DNA of 62,395 nt, counting the filler, from Sphacelaria rigidula (Eukaryota), in the NCBI GenBank assembly GCA_964200075.2. It is 8 parts of 8 records of this genome, joined end to end, with 100 filler letters (N's around TTAATTAATTAA, not from the genome) between each part and the next. Parts side by side here need not be neighbours in the genome. Positions count along the whole stretch, not along the records: positions 7,814 to 15,525 come from CAXNAA020013704.1; positions 15,626 to 23,337 come from CAXNAA020013705.1; positions 23,438 to 31,149 come from CAXNAA020013706.1; 5 more parts are not named here. One strand, given 5' to 3'. A program made the position numbers and the translations under genes. Every line of letters begins with the position of its first letter. Position 1 is the stretch's first letter. This document shows positions 12,760-25,105 of the stretch, piece by piece. Below the pieces are notes generated by a model. That model searched no databases, was not told the origin of the DNA, and saw only the letters and a list, made by a program, of their open reading frames with translations.

Positions 12760-13172
12760 CTCTCCTCTCTTATGCCGGTGGTATTCAACGTGATAATAGA
12801 GATATTTACATACTCTGTTTGATAGAACACGAGCTGTCTTGTTCTTTGTGGTGCAGCAGCCGGTGCTGCTTGAACCAGCGTGTGCTCGAAGTATATCGAC
12901 GCGGTACCCGCTGAAAGGTGAAGTGTTGATACACCTTACCAACATCCCTGCGTTGCATGTGTAGGTGTTTCCTACCAAGTGTTCCTCAACTACGCAGTAC
13001 ATTATTGATAGCTCTACGGTAAAGCGTACCGATACCAAGCTTGAACCTTGAGTGTCGCTCGCTGCCATTTCGGCAGATTGCGAGCCCATCTCCACTCTAG
13101 CCGCTGGATTTTTCGCTGCTCCGGGGTCTGGTGCTGCAGGAGATCGCGGTAGTCGACATCTTCTTCGTCCAT
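8310..13172 (-). CDS. Tetratricopeptide repeat (TPR) protein, 7 exons, 292 aa
   Basis: Exons 13172-13047, 12165-12049, 11665-11511, 10911-10836, 10199-10161, 9440-9330 and 8564-8310 splice in frame from ATG (MDEEDVDY) to TAA. TPR-like units include SYSMRGRLRYQEGNVPDALRDLSVCIRETP, ALKTRARIRASMRRWDDASRDLSAGIRMDP, GYLLRGNALIHTDNYGGAVYDF and ALSLRGRIYSCMRRWKLAVIDYDAALELDP. Confidence 0.85.
12706..12758. repeat. (TG)n microsatellite
   Basis: Uninterrupted TG run in intron 1 of the TPR gene. Confidence 0.95.
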
Positions 13173-15525
13173 AGCTCACTCACCGCGTACGTTTCTGACG
13201 GTGTCAAACGCCGTCACAATTCGTATTGGTACTGTGAATACTCGTGTCCAAGTGCGGGAAGATATCGGCGTGCAGAAAGGATATTTCGACAAATCGATCG
13301 GAAGATTTGAGATGTAGGTGATATAGATGATGCTGCTTCACAAGTACATGCACGTCGTACGTCCTTGTTTGAAATCGCCTCGTATGGTATCTCCGCACCT
13401 CCCACACCGTCAACCGGGGCATCTCGAATCGGTAGTGATGGCGGTCAATTAGTGATTTAATCGAACATGAAAAAGTGGTCAATTAGTGATTTAATCGTTT
13501 CAGTTCCGAAATATCCTCCGCGAGGCCCTTACCGAAGCAGCGGGCTAACTCACAGTTGTTAAGCTGCGAAGCACCGGGACAGAGATGATCCTGTGAAGTC
13601 AGCGTTGCGCCAAAAGCATTTTTTTTCTTTCGGAACAAAATCTTACCGTTTCGCCCTCTAGTGCCCACTGCTGCAGCGCACAGCACAATATATAGCGACT
13701 TGGAACTGTTGACTGGTTTGCACAGCCTATGAGCGATGTTTCAGCGCCTTGTAGCGGCTGCAGCGCGCTTAGGGCCGTGCGCCATGAAGTGCGCAGCTCA
13801 ACAGACTGTATGCCGATCGGTGCACTACAGATGGTCATGATCCAGAGAGGACCGCGGTACAGACCGGTGCCAGTTTGCTACCGCGTCGGCCGTCCAGTCG
13901 CTCAACTTGTCTAAGTTTATGCATCTGCGCATGCATATATGCATTCGCCTGTAGTGCGACACTGGTAGACCTCAAGAAATGTACATGAACAACGATTGGC
14001 ACTCGATTTGACTTGGTTTCAGACGACAGAAAGTTCTGAGAAAAATCATGATTTGGGGCAGGTGAGCAGGGGTGAGCAGCAGAACCAGGTCGTCCAGAAC
14101 GTGTTTTGGTCCAGAATCGGCTCAAAGGTGTCGATTTGAGCTCTCGTATCGCACGCTTTAGCTGTGAAACTGCACCCCCCTTGCCCGAGAGTTCTCGGTA
14201 TGCCTTGGTCGATGTTAGTGCTACGGTTAGCGTTAGGGTTGGTGGCATCTCCGTATAAAGCACCAACCATTGTTTACGTACATTTCTTCAAGCCTTCTCG
14301 GTGAAGTACTTGTGCAGGGGCGCATCCTTGTCACAAGGACATTCTTGCGCCGGTACTTCACACAGGTGCATCCTTTGAGGGAACTCTCTGTTACGGGTTG
14401 GATGACCACAGGGATTTGTTCACCCCCCTGCGCTTGTCGAGCACAGCTGCGACCGACAGTGAGGACGTTTGCCCACGTGCCTTCTTCAACTCGCCAACAG
14501 CTCATTGCACGGTCTTGGACTTGCTGGTGACTAAGGCGAAGGTAATGTTCAATTGTTTTCAACTGCTTTGCTTTCATGTTATTTTGACATTCGCTACACA
14601 ACCACTGTCTTCGTACTCCCGAATCAACGAGAACGCAAACAAATACCCCGCCATGAACAGGCTTTTGTGGTTTGGGTTCTTGTTTGAAGATTTCCATGAT
14701 GAGGCTTTTGCGGTTCGGGATCGACACCCCGCAAAAAAAAGCCAGTGTGAGCGGCTTTCGATGGCCAGAACACGCGCCATAGGTATCAGATGACACCCAA
14801 ACCTGAAAGGCAATGTGCCGCTGCACCTTCTTCGTGCACTGCAAAAGAAAGCGCGTGATAAGATGCCTAGCCGCCTGAGGAATCTCGGCAAAAGTGGTGA
14901 AAAAAGTGAAATGATACATGTACATATATATATATATATATATGAATATTCATCAAGGGGCAGTATATACCATATTATATAATTGTATATATATGCTATT
15001 TAATAAATATGACATATTATATAATATTTATATAGAGCTCTAATATGTGAAAGAACAGAAGCAAACACACACACCCCGCAAGGCCCATCAAAATGTTCGG
15101 ATTTGTCAGTGTTCATTGATCAATTTCTCGGAACAAAGTTAACAGAAAATATCCAAAAAATTAGGATAATTTCAATTGTCGAAAAAATGCCCTCCGGCAT
15201 CGGAGATCATCGGGACAGAACGGGCAAGAAGCACAAGCAGATATACGAACCCCACAAAGCCCACTAGACTTCTCGGTTTTTGTCAGCGTTTATTGATCAA
15301 TTTATTGTAACAAAATCAACATAATAAAATATCAAAACAGTGTTTATTGATCAACTCCTTGCGACAAACTTGGCAAAAACAAAAATGCAAAAACTCATGA
15401 CAATTTTCAAAAAAATACCCTCCGGGAGGGGGGGGGGGGGGGCTATGTGTCCGAATTGTTTCTCCGCGCTGCCCGCTGGCCAAACTGATGTGCCGCCTGC
15501 CTTGGTCGATCATTCAGGAATTCTT

Positions 15526-15625
15526 NNNNNNNNNNNNNNNNNNNNNNNNNNNNNNNNNNNNNNNNNNNNTTAATTAATTAANNNNNNNNNNNNNNNNNNN
15601 NNNNNNNNNNNNNNNNNNNNNNNNN
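15526..15625. other. Artificial contig spacer
   Basis: N44-TTAATTAATTAA-N44. Confidence 0.98.
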
Positions 15626-17751
15626 CCGAAAATAAGGGCGATTGTTCAACTCCAAAACAAACAAAACAAGTATGTTTGTTTTTTTTTTTTGTATTTTTGT
15701 GGGGGGGGGGGGGGGGGGGGGGGGGGGGCTGTTGTGGAAAGTGTCTGAACTTAATTTCGGATCTTCGGGACAGAGGGCGGAGGACGGTAGGTAGGTCTGC
15801 GGGATACCTTTCTTTGTGGATCTCTGGTTGATCGTGAGGTTTTCTAGTGCAAACGAGATGTGGCGAGTTTCAAGTACGTATTGTTTGACATACAGATTGG
15901 ATGAGACGGAATTTCTGCTGAAAGATGTACTGCTCGAGCTTGCCCCTACTGCCATCACTCTCCTCCAGCTACTTTTTAGCTCTGCCTCAAGAGGTGTTTT
16001 ATTATGCGTTCGCCAGATGAGTACCTGTACGACTATCGACTTTTTTCTGTACCACGCGAGGCAAGTCCCTCTGCGAGCTTAGTTCCTTTTATCGGCGCAG
16101 GTGAGCACCTTCTCTGAATATACACCGTAACGATATTCAAGTTGAGCCTGCAACTTCGCAGGAGCATCGTACACGAAAGCCTGCATCCTGTATACAGCAA
16201 AGTCACACTGTTCCAACAGGTGATCACAACTCCGCGCAACGTGTTTACATGGTGAGACATTCTCAACGTGGTGTAACCCCATGGCGGTCTCTGGAAGTCA
16301 CGATAACAAAAAATAAATGACAGCTCACTCAAGGTTGTCATTTATCGGCAAGATACCTGGTATGCTTTGGACCGAACAATCTTGGCACGACGTAGCTCAC
16401 CCCGCATACGACACGCAAAACACATCACCGCGCTTCGCGCTTCGCGATAGCGATCGAAAAACCTGGCGTGCTCTGCCCCAGCCCAACAGGGATACGAGGT
16501 CGACAGCGTCAATGGCTACCGGAATGCATCATCATGGGTACCCACACACCTACACCCCAGGAAAAACACGCGCTCTCGATATCCGGATACAACAGAAAAA
16601 AAATGAAAATTAATCGTGTTTCAGTGGTTGTAATCAATTTATTTGCCCTTCCACGTACTCATTCTCGCATATTGCCTACATGAATCGGGATAATGAAAAT
16701 GCACGGGAACAAAAGTCACATACCATTCCATATTACAAGCACAAAAACATGAAACGAAAAATGCGTTTTAGGAATACTCAAGAACGGCAGATTGGGGTTT
16801 CGGGCCGGGATGGCGGAGCACTGCAACGATTGCCTCTTCGTCCCAGCTATGCACCATAGCACACATCCCATCCCATCGCAATCCGTCCTCCTCGCGGTGT
16901 CACCATAGCTCTCGCTGAAAAATTATCAAGATAGACCGGATGACTCAATAGCAAATCCGAAAAGCGATTCGTATTCGGCGAACTATCCGCCGAGTGACAG
17001 ATCGTGCAATATTTCTGTCACCCAAGAGGTCGACGACGCCAGCGAGACTCGACTCCACAAGCAGGAGTCTACTGGGGAGTGTCGTCGAAACAATTATTCT
17101 GCATTGTTGCGATTGACGTTCCACATTTCGTCCCGTTTCATTGCAACATATCAGAGTACTGTAACTCTTAATCCCTGTGAAAACGTTTCGAACCACAAGG
17201 CGAGCGAGGTCTACACATACCAACAGCCATGAAAAGTCATTCGTCGACTGAAGGTCAGACGTGTCCCTGTGCGGTACGTTACTGCACGGACAACTCATCA
17301 TGGTAATCACTAGGTCAGTACAGCAGAGAGTCAAACGGTACAAGAAATGACGTATACCTTTTGTTCGACTATGAAATGGTTACCCAACAGAAGACTCCGA
17401 GGAAAACCAGCCCGACAACGGGCAGCAGCTTAGATACTGTTCAAACCTCAACAGATACGCATGACGCATCGCGCTCATCAGCCCTCGAAGCAACCCGCCA
17501 CTGTGCGAAGCTGCACATCATAACCAGCACCGATCAACAAGGCCGTACTTCGACAACAAAGTACGTTCCTCGAGTTGCCTCGCTACCATGCAAGACAACC
17601 AGCAGAGTATTTGTCGCTCCTGCACACAACGTATCAACTCATATACAGAATCACCCGATGCACCTCAAGAGATCATACAAATTCCGTCGGGAACATCACC
17701 AGGAAGTCCACCTCGGCTGCAGTGACATGCGACTACAACGGATGGACCCAT

Positions 17752-20700
17752 CTATTTGAACTCTGCTGTGAGCTGCTTGAAGTGGTCGATCAACGCCGAT
17801 ACCTTCATCTGTCCAGTGCCCTTCAAGTTCACCTCATCCGCAGCCTGACACAATGCATGACACGCACACACGACGACATACACGGGGGAATTCGAGGCGT
17901 ATTCCAACCGACGGTACGGGATCTTCGGGAGATACCGTCTGTTCCAACACCTCCATACAAAACCAAATACCTACACCAACGTTCGCTCTCGCACCAAGGA
18001 TGTGTTGGGTTGCTGTCGAGAACAATCTTTTACCAGTCGCGTGTAAAAATCAAACTGTCCCGTGTAACAGTCTGGACTACACATTGAGTTACATCGCACA
18101 CACACACATACACACACACACACACACACACTCGCACACATCGAACGCAGTTGCTTGGCATTCGAATCACTTCATTCGCCTGTCTGGCCAAAATTTCGAA
18201 AAATGGCCGCATACAATATTTGCCGTGGTATGTTGTTTCCCTCGGTTTTTTGCAGTTGTTTTGCACTACAAGAGTACGCTTCGAAAACGTTCAGCCGAGC
18301 CCCCCGCTTGAGAATATTCATCACTCTCTACGCAGGCCATGTGCACATTGATTCTTGCATGTATGTATGCTTCATTACATCTGCGGTGCCCCCTGCCAGC
18401 AGCCTGTGATAGACATGTAATGTGCGCTGTAGAAGGATCAATTTAAAGGAGAAAGGTTAATACATGTTGGCATCGTGTATCACATTTCTTTCACGAAAAT
18501 TCATGTCATGATTCAGCCACTGGGGAACACGACTCACCTCCTCCACCTCTCCAACGACGAGGATGTTGGAGTACCTGTTGTGTCTAGCCTCCACGAGCTT
18601 TTTGTTCAATGTCTTGTTGCTCGTTTCGGCATCTACGTAGAACCCTGCGTCGTGCAGCCGGTTCTGCGGCAAGGTGCATAAAGTGAAGCAACCGAACACA
18701 ACAGACAAAGAAGAAGGGGGAAACAACATGACGAGACTAGCGCGACGAGGAAGAGAAGAAAGCACAGTTAGGAGAAATTACGACTTATACGAGTGTACTC
18801 CACATGAAATGACAGGATTCGACCATACGCCGACTGTTAGTCCCGGCAACCCGAGGGTGGAAAACGCATGTGCAGTGCAGGCATCTTGCGCGCATTAAAG
18901 GTGGGAGAAAAGTACGCGTGATCCAGCGCCCATGATATGAGAGGATCCAACCATGTGCCGACTCTTAGTCCCGCATTAACCCGAAGGTGGGAAACATATA
19001 CGGGCGCTCACCTCAAACATAGCACACGACAAGTTTTACACGACACTCACGTCTCGTGATGATAAGAAATGGGTGGCATGTACAATCGATTCATTCGAAT
19101 TGCAGTACGAGTGATGAATATGTGTATTTGACATACCCCGTATAAAGGTAGGAAACAGTTACCTTTGACATGTACAACACGAGTCACGTGCTCAAAACCT
19201 GTATATAAATTACAAATGATGTACGAATCGTCTGATTTATACTTCGGGATGATGAGTATGAGTTGAATCACGATGTGATTTGTCCTAACCGTGGAAGGAA
19301 GCGATCATGCTTGTGCGCTCGAGCCGGGACGCCGAGAACTCGATGACAACAAGGTGCGACGGCAGTATGCCACGGAAGTCGGTGGGGAGCTACACCAGCT
19401 TGTGGCGGCGACGCCGCGGGAGTTGAAAGTACCCTTTGCTTACACCTTGTGCCGCCCAGCTCTCAATGGCAGGGGTGTCGCGTGTCGCGGCATCCTACTC
19501 TACAGCCTGTGGCATAACTTTGCAGACTTCATATTGTAGCCTGCACTCTGGAGATTCGCCTGGGAAAAGGGACTGCGTCCCGCAGATGACGACTGAAATT
19601 CAGCTACCCAGTGAGGGCTCTATGAGGTATTTGCATCTCCCGGCCCCCGGTTCTGGAGAATTTTCGTCCGACGGCGTTATTTCATGGTTGCCTCCGCGTG
19701 TCTGGGGAAGATAGTGGTGCTTCAGGCAAAATACAATCTCTCACGCACCACCTTTTGAACGGGGCTCCAAGGCAAGAGGTAAGGCACGCCTCATTTGTCA
19801 CGGCCTTCCTGCGTGGCGTAACATCCAAGCAAAACGCAGCCCAATTTCGCTTTGTGGCAAGATGTCGAAAAAAAAAGGCTGATCATTTGTTCCTTACTTA
19901 GCCGTTTGACCATTGACCACGAATCCCTTTTGACATCGAGAACTATTCCTACTCCCAGTGAGAGGACACCTCCGACATTTGGGCGCTCATTACGTTTCCT
20001 TCACACACTACACAAAAACCGTTTACATACCGTGTTCCCTTCCTGATTCACCGTCTGTGGCCACCATATATCTCCAATTATAGCGGACGTTTTCTCGCTA
20101 CTACCTACTGCACCAATCGTTTCCATACCACCTTCGTTTACTTTCCACATTACCCCCCGTACAACACGTCCCGTTCCTCCTTGTATAGTTCACATTCTGC
20201 CACCATTTGAGTTTTACCATCTGCCGTGTTCCCACAGCAGCCTTCCAGCGCATCTACTCAATCCCCTAATCGACTGCCGGTATACCTCTTTTTCATGAGG
20301 GGGGGGGGTCATATCGTGAAGGACGATTCAGACGCGTGGGGTCTCTGCTCGTTGCAATTTGTGGTGTCCATGACAGGAGCTATTTTTCAATTAGTTCTCG
20401 TCAAAATTGCCATCCGCCATCCGTCATCCGTCATCCGAAACGGAAATGATACAACATGACAATTAAAGCATTTTAAAACATGGCATGTACGACGATAGAT
20501 CCTGCGGCCGGCGCATATACACTGACGCAGGCAAAATAAGAGAACCTGTCTGCAGAGTGAAACCAGCTAGTTCCACAAAGCACTTGTGCAGACCCGCCCG
20601 TCCAACCATCACCATTTTCGAATCCACCCGCGCACAGCAGAGCCGACACACCATTTTGTAACCCACCCGCGCAAAACAGAGCAGGCATGTAGGGCGCGGC

Positions 20701-22827
20701 ACGGCACGCACACCTCAAACACCACAGCTCACACGCACAAATGCATAGGCGAATCATCACCAGGAGGCCGGAAAAGCAACAGCCGCAGCAGCAGCAGCAG
20801 CAGCAGAACTGTTGCATGGAGACCTGCGTTGAACCTGTTGCACACGCTTCACACACTTGGCAGGCGATAACCGACCCGCGTACGTTCGTGTGTTTGAATT
20901 AGTTGTTCTTGGTAAATGTTTACTCCACAGACCGTACAGTACCACGTGGCATTGTTCCCAACACAGACAGCACTAGTAGTGGATGGTGTGGAACAGACGG
21001 TACTGTGCGGGAGGTACTGTGAGGGAGGGTATTGACGGTAGCAGTTATTGCACCGAAAGCCGTGAGCACCAGTGACTTTTGTACCGTCAGCACAAGAGAT
21101 AGTTCGCTGATATCGCCATCGAACGGATGTTCGAGAGTGCTCTTGGTTGTCTCCCCGCCATCCGCACACTGCCACTTTGAAGCTGTGATTCATTTTGCCG
21201 GGGTGACCTTGCCTCTGCGATGGATCTGTCTTTGCAGAGTGGCAGTGTGCGGGTGGCGGGGGGGGCAATCAAGAGCACTCTCGAACACCCGTTCGATGGC
21301 GATATCAGCAACCCATCTCTTGTGCTGGCGGTACAAAAGTCACTGGTGCTCACGGCTTCTCGGCGCAATAACTGCTACCGTCAATACCCTCCCTCACAGT
21401 ACCTCCCGCACAGTACCGTCTGTTCCACACCATCCACTACTAGTACTGTCTGTGTTGGCAACAATGCCACGTGGTACTGTACGGTCTGTGGAGTAAACAT
21501 TTACCAAGAACAACTAATTCAAACACACGAACGTACGCGGGTCGGTTATTGCCTGCCAAGTGTGTGAAGCGTGTGCAACAGGTTCAACGCAGGTCTCCAT
21601 ACGACAGTTCTGCTGCTGCTGCTGCTGCTGCTGCGGCTGTTGCTTTTCCGGTCTCCTGGTGATGGCTGTGGTGTTTGAGGTGTGCGTGCCGTGCCGCGCC
21701 CTATATGCCTGCTCTGTTTTGCGCTGGTGGGTTACAAAATGGTGTGCCGGCTCTGCTGTGCGCGGGTAAATTCAAAAATGGAGTTGGTTGGACGGGCGGG
21801 TCTGCACAAATGCCCTGTGGAACTGGTTCCACTCTGCAGACAGGTTCTCTTATCTTGCCTGAGCCGGCGTACATGTGTCGGCCGATAGATCCTTCTGCTG
21901 CCGAACGCTCTCAACGATAAAACGCACGCACGCACGCACGCACGCACGCACATACACACACACACATACGCGCGCGCGCACACGCACACGAATTTATTCT
22001 TCCTGTGTTTCATGTTCTGTCCCCTGATGATCCCCCGTGCGAAGAAACGCAAAAACACTCCATGCATCGATTGAAAGCTGACGCATTTCTTATCCGTTAT
22101 TGCGTTGTGTGCTGACTAAAGCAGCAACTGGCATGCAAGGATAGACGTGCTCTCCGTGCAGGTACGTCAAAACGTTTGAGTGTGCTGCGCGTTGATGTGC
22201 CGAAATCCGGAACTCCTTCCTTCCTTCGCTTCGGTAATAAATAAGCTCAGGAAAATCTCCCGAAAAATAAAGCACAAAGAACATAGTGGCCGCGCGTGAT
22301 ACCGTACCTTGACGTCCACGGCGTAGTCGATGTACTTCTGCGCCACAGGAATGACCATCGCTTGTCGAGGAGACAACCAGAAGGGCCTAAAGTTGAGTGC
22401 GAAGGGAGAGAGCAAAAAGGGAGAGAGAAGAAAAGAGCAGGAACCCACACAAGGAGGAGGCGACGGTGTGTGTTGGTGTGTCCATTTATCACTTAGAATC
22501 GGCGTAACACTAACCCAAAAAAATGGCCAAAACAGTGTTCAAGACTCACGTATGCATGCATGCATGGGAGGTTCTCGTGCGCCTCCCTACCTTGACAAGC
22601 TCAACTTTTCCGCACCACCGCTGCATGTGCGTGGTGCGCTTGCGGTATTTTATTACGGCACTCCTCGTTCCTGATTTTCGTTTTGCCATTATCCAATCCA
22701 ATCTCATATCATCTCACCATTTTCCGCCGTAGTGCTCCGTGAGGACGGCAATCATACGCTCCAAAGATCCCAGCATCGCACGGTGTACCATCACGGGTCG
22801 CTTCATCTCTCCCTCACCCTCCTTAAC
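17752..22827 (-). CDS. TARS: Threonyl-tRNA synthetase, last four exons (5'-partial)
   Basis: Exons 22827-22718 ([28 protein letters not shown], class II motif 3), 22386-22308 (PFWLSPRQ), 18663-18538 (GFYVD...TLNKK...ILVVG) and 17844-17752 (ends in TAG). All introns are GT-AG and phase-consistent. Confidence 0.9.
20505..21884. mobile_element. Foldback element with ~650-680-bp inverted arms, Mutator-like, inside a ThrRS intron
   Basis: Arms ~20505-21180 and ~21234-21884 are near reverse complements, so the same peptides appear on both strands in the ORF track. Flanking direct repeat ATAGATCCT at 20495-20503 and 21885-21893. Confidence 0.85.
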
Positions 22828-22873
22828 CTGGTGTTGATGAAAAACGGAGAGAGGGAGGGATGGAGGGAGTGGA

Positions 22874-23006
22874 GTACTCATGACTTTGCATGCCGTGGTC
22901 ATGAGAAAATTGACCTCGCATCCCTACAAGGCCGGGACGGAGCACGCCGGGTTCTCGTCGGACCAGGCTCGCACTCTATCACCAAGCTCGAAGCGCCGTG
23001 GTGTGT
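22874..23006 (-). repeat. ~135-bp dispersed repeat, acceptor-proximal family, copy B
   Basis: Reverse complement matches copies A and C. It ends ~45 nt before the ThrRS acceptor AG at 22829-22828. Confidence 0.8.
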
Positions 23007-23246
23007 TCGGCGAGTCGCATGAAGGGTGAGCTGCATCCTGCTAAGATTGTTCGGCCGGAAGCATCCTGATAATCTTGCAAATAAATGACAGCCTCCAATC
23101 AACTGCTTCATTTTCTGGAACCTCCTTCTCAGGGTTGGCATCGGTTGGCAACGGCGTTCTAAAACACGCCGATCATTGCGTGAGCCAGTCAACCAGGTAA
23201 CCGTTTTTTTTCTTCCCTCACTTGATGAGACCACGGCTGGACCCCT

Positions 23247-23281
<35 letters not shown>

Positions 23282-23337
23282 CCCCGCACCCCCGCTCCGC
23301 GCCCCCCCCCTCGTCGGGTGTTTGTTGTCAAAAAAAA

Positions 23338-23437
23338 NNNNNNNNNNNNNNNNNNNNNNNNNNNNNNNNNNNNNNNNNNNNTTAATTAATTAANNNNNNN
23401 NNNNNNNNNNNNNNNNNNNNNNNNNNNNNNNNNNNNN
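23338..23437. other. Artificial contig spacer
   Basis: N44-TTAATTAATTAA-N44. Confidence 0.98.
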
Positions 23438-24113
23438 TCCTATACCTACGGGAGATGGCGCCAATACTAAAATCTCTATGAAACTCCCGATTGATGCATT
23501 TAGCGGATGGCGACGAATTTTGGTGTGGAGAAACCACAAAAGAACGCCGAATAATGAAAAAAAAAGGCCTTCCATTTTGTTTTTTTATGGAGGTTAGGGC
23601 GTTGTCGTTAAATATGGTCTTTACCATAGTAGAACGCCCGAAACCAGTGGAAAAAATTGAAGAAAATCAACCTGACCCACCGTCGTTTCTTAATTATGCC
23701 TCAGAGAGCGCCCACACAAGATTTCAATCAACAAACACCAAACGTGGGCCGGCAAATAGCCTGCAAAATACTGTTCCGAATTTCTTATGACCCTGTCACT
23801 AAACGGCCCATTATACGGCCAATACTTGGGGTTGGACCCTGAAATTTGGTATGGACAATGAGTTGGGCATAATGAAGAAATTACTGGCGCACATAAGTTT
23901 TTTCTCCTCATGAGTTAAGGGCAAAAATCAGTTTTCAGATATCGGTAAAATGCCCCTAACTCATGGGAAAAAAAAAGAACCCTTCTGTGCGCCAGTATTT
24001 TTTTTTATTATTGTGCCCTACTCATTGTCCATACCAAATTTCAGGGTCCAACTCCAAGTATTCGTATAATGGGCCTGCAAACTGCACAATCGCTTCTCGG
24101 CTGGCCCAGCTCG
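23438..24113. mobile_element. Second, inverted and truncated copy of the TA-flanked TIR element at 148-1355
   Basis: Ends in GGCTGGCCCAGCTCG followed by TA, and shares the internal GGACCCTGAAATTTGGTATG hairpin. Confidence 0.75.
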
Positions 24114-25105
24114 TACGCTTTCCCCCTAAATCTACTGGCGCTAGCACTTTTAAGTAGTATTGAAGAAAAATACTCGTGAAAAACCAAAAACTCGAACAAT
24201 TACGAATTCTGAAAGCTTGATATTGACTACTATATGTTTCCAGTGAAACGCCGTACATGCAACACCACTCTTTGGAATGAGCGTGTTGTTCGTTACGGTG
24301 TGACCGTTTGTCCCCCGATGGTCGCTGTATGAAACGCATGTGCGCCGCTGGTCCTGTGTAGTGTTGGAAGCCAATATAGTCGATTTTACTTGTCCAAGGT
24401 TACAGAGGGTGACATGTTGGCTTCCGGGATACTAAGCATTGTTACCTCCTTACTTTGGAAAGGATGAAGCGTTTCACTCGTAGCACAGCACATGGCAAGT
24501 GCCTCCTGCTTTGTGCCGTGTGCTCTTTTTTTTTGACGTAAAAACTCCTACTGCAGCCATTTGTCATCGAATACGGTGGTCGACCGTGTGGTTGGCCGGG
24601 AAAACGTCGCAGCTGGACGCAATAATTTATACTACTGGACTTCTCACGCCGTTGTTCATGTCGATACAGCAAGCTCGATCGCGGACTGTTACACTATCGC
24701 AGTTCTGTACTGCGCAATCTAAGATTTAGGATTGAGTGGCGACGTCATTGCGAAGTGTTGATGTCATCATTTTGTTCCTCCTACCGTGAACAGATTGGAG
24801 AGGGAAACTGCCTCTTTTTCTCCCTCCTTTACACAAAAATTCAAGTATTCATGTGGAGAACTACAGAAACTGGTTCCATCGCTGCTTTGCGTCCGCATCA
24901 TAGGCATTGAAATCCCCTCAACAGGATTAAAATGCGAATGTAATGAGCAACCAAGAGGATAGTATCGTACCCCCTGCGTCGCTCGTCCGGTAGCTGTTCG
25001 CGCGGAAGACATCACTGATTCTGGATAACCGTCTGGTTCACTCAACGATGTTCTCTTAATGTGTCATCAATTGTGGATTGGGCTCTTGTGTTTCCTCTGG
25101 CTCAG

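Noticed and set aside
14233-14925. 230-aa minus-strand ORF with a CxxC...H...H pattern
   Set aside because: No convincing family motif or splice context. It may be a decayed transposon fragment.
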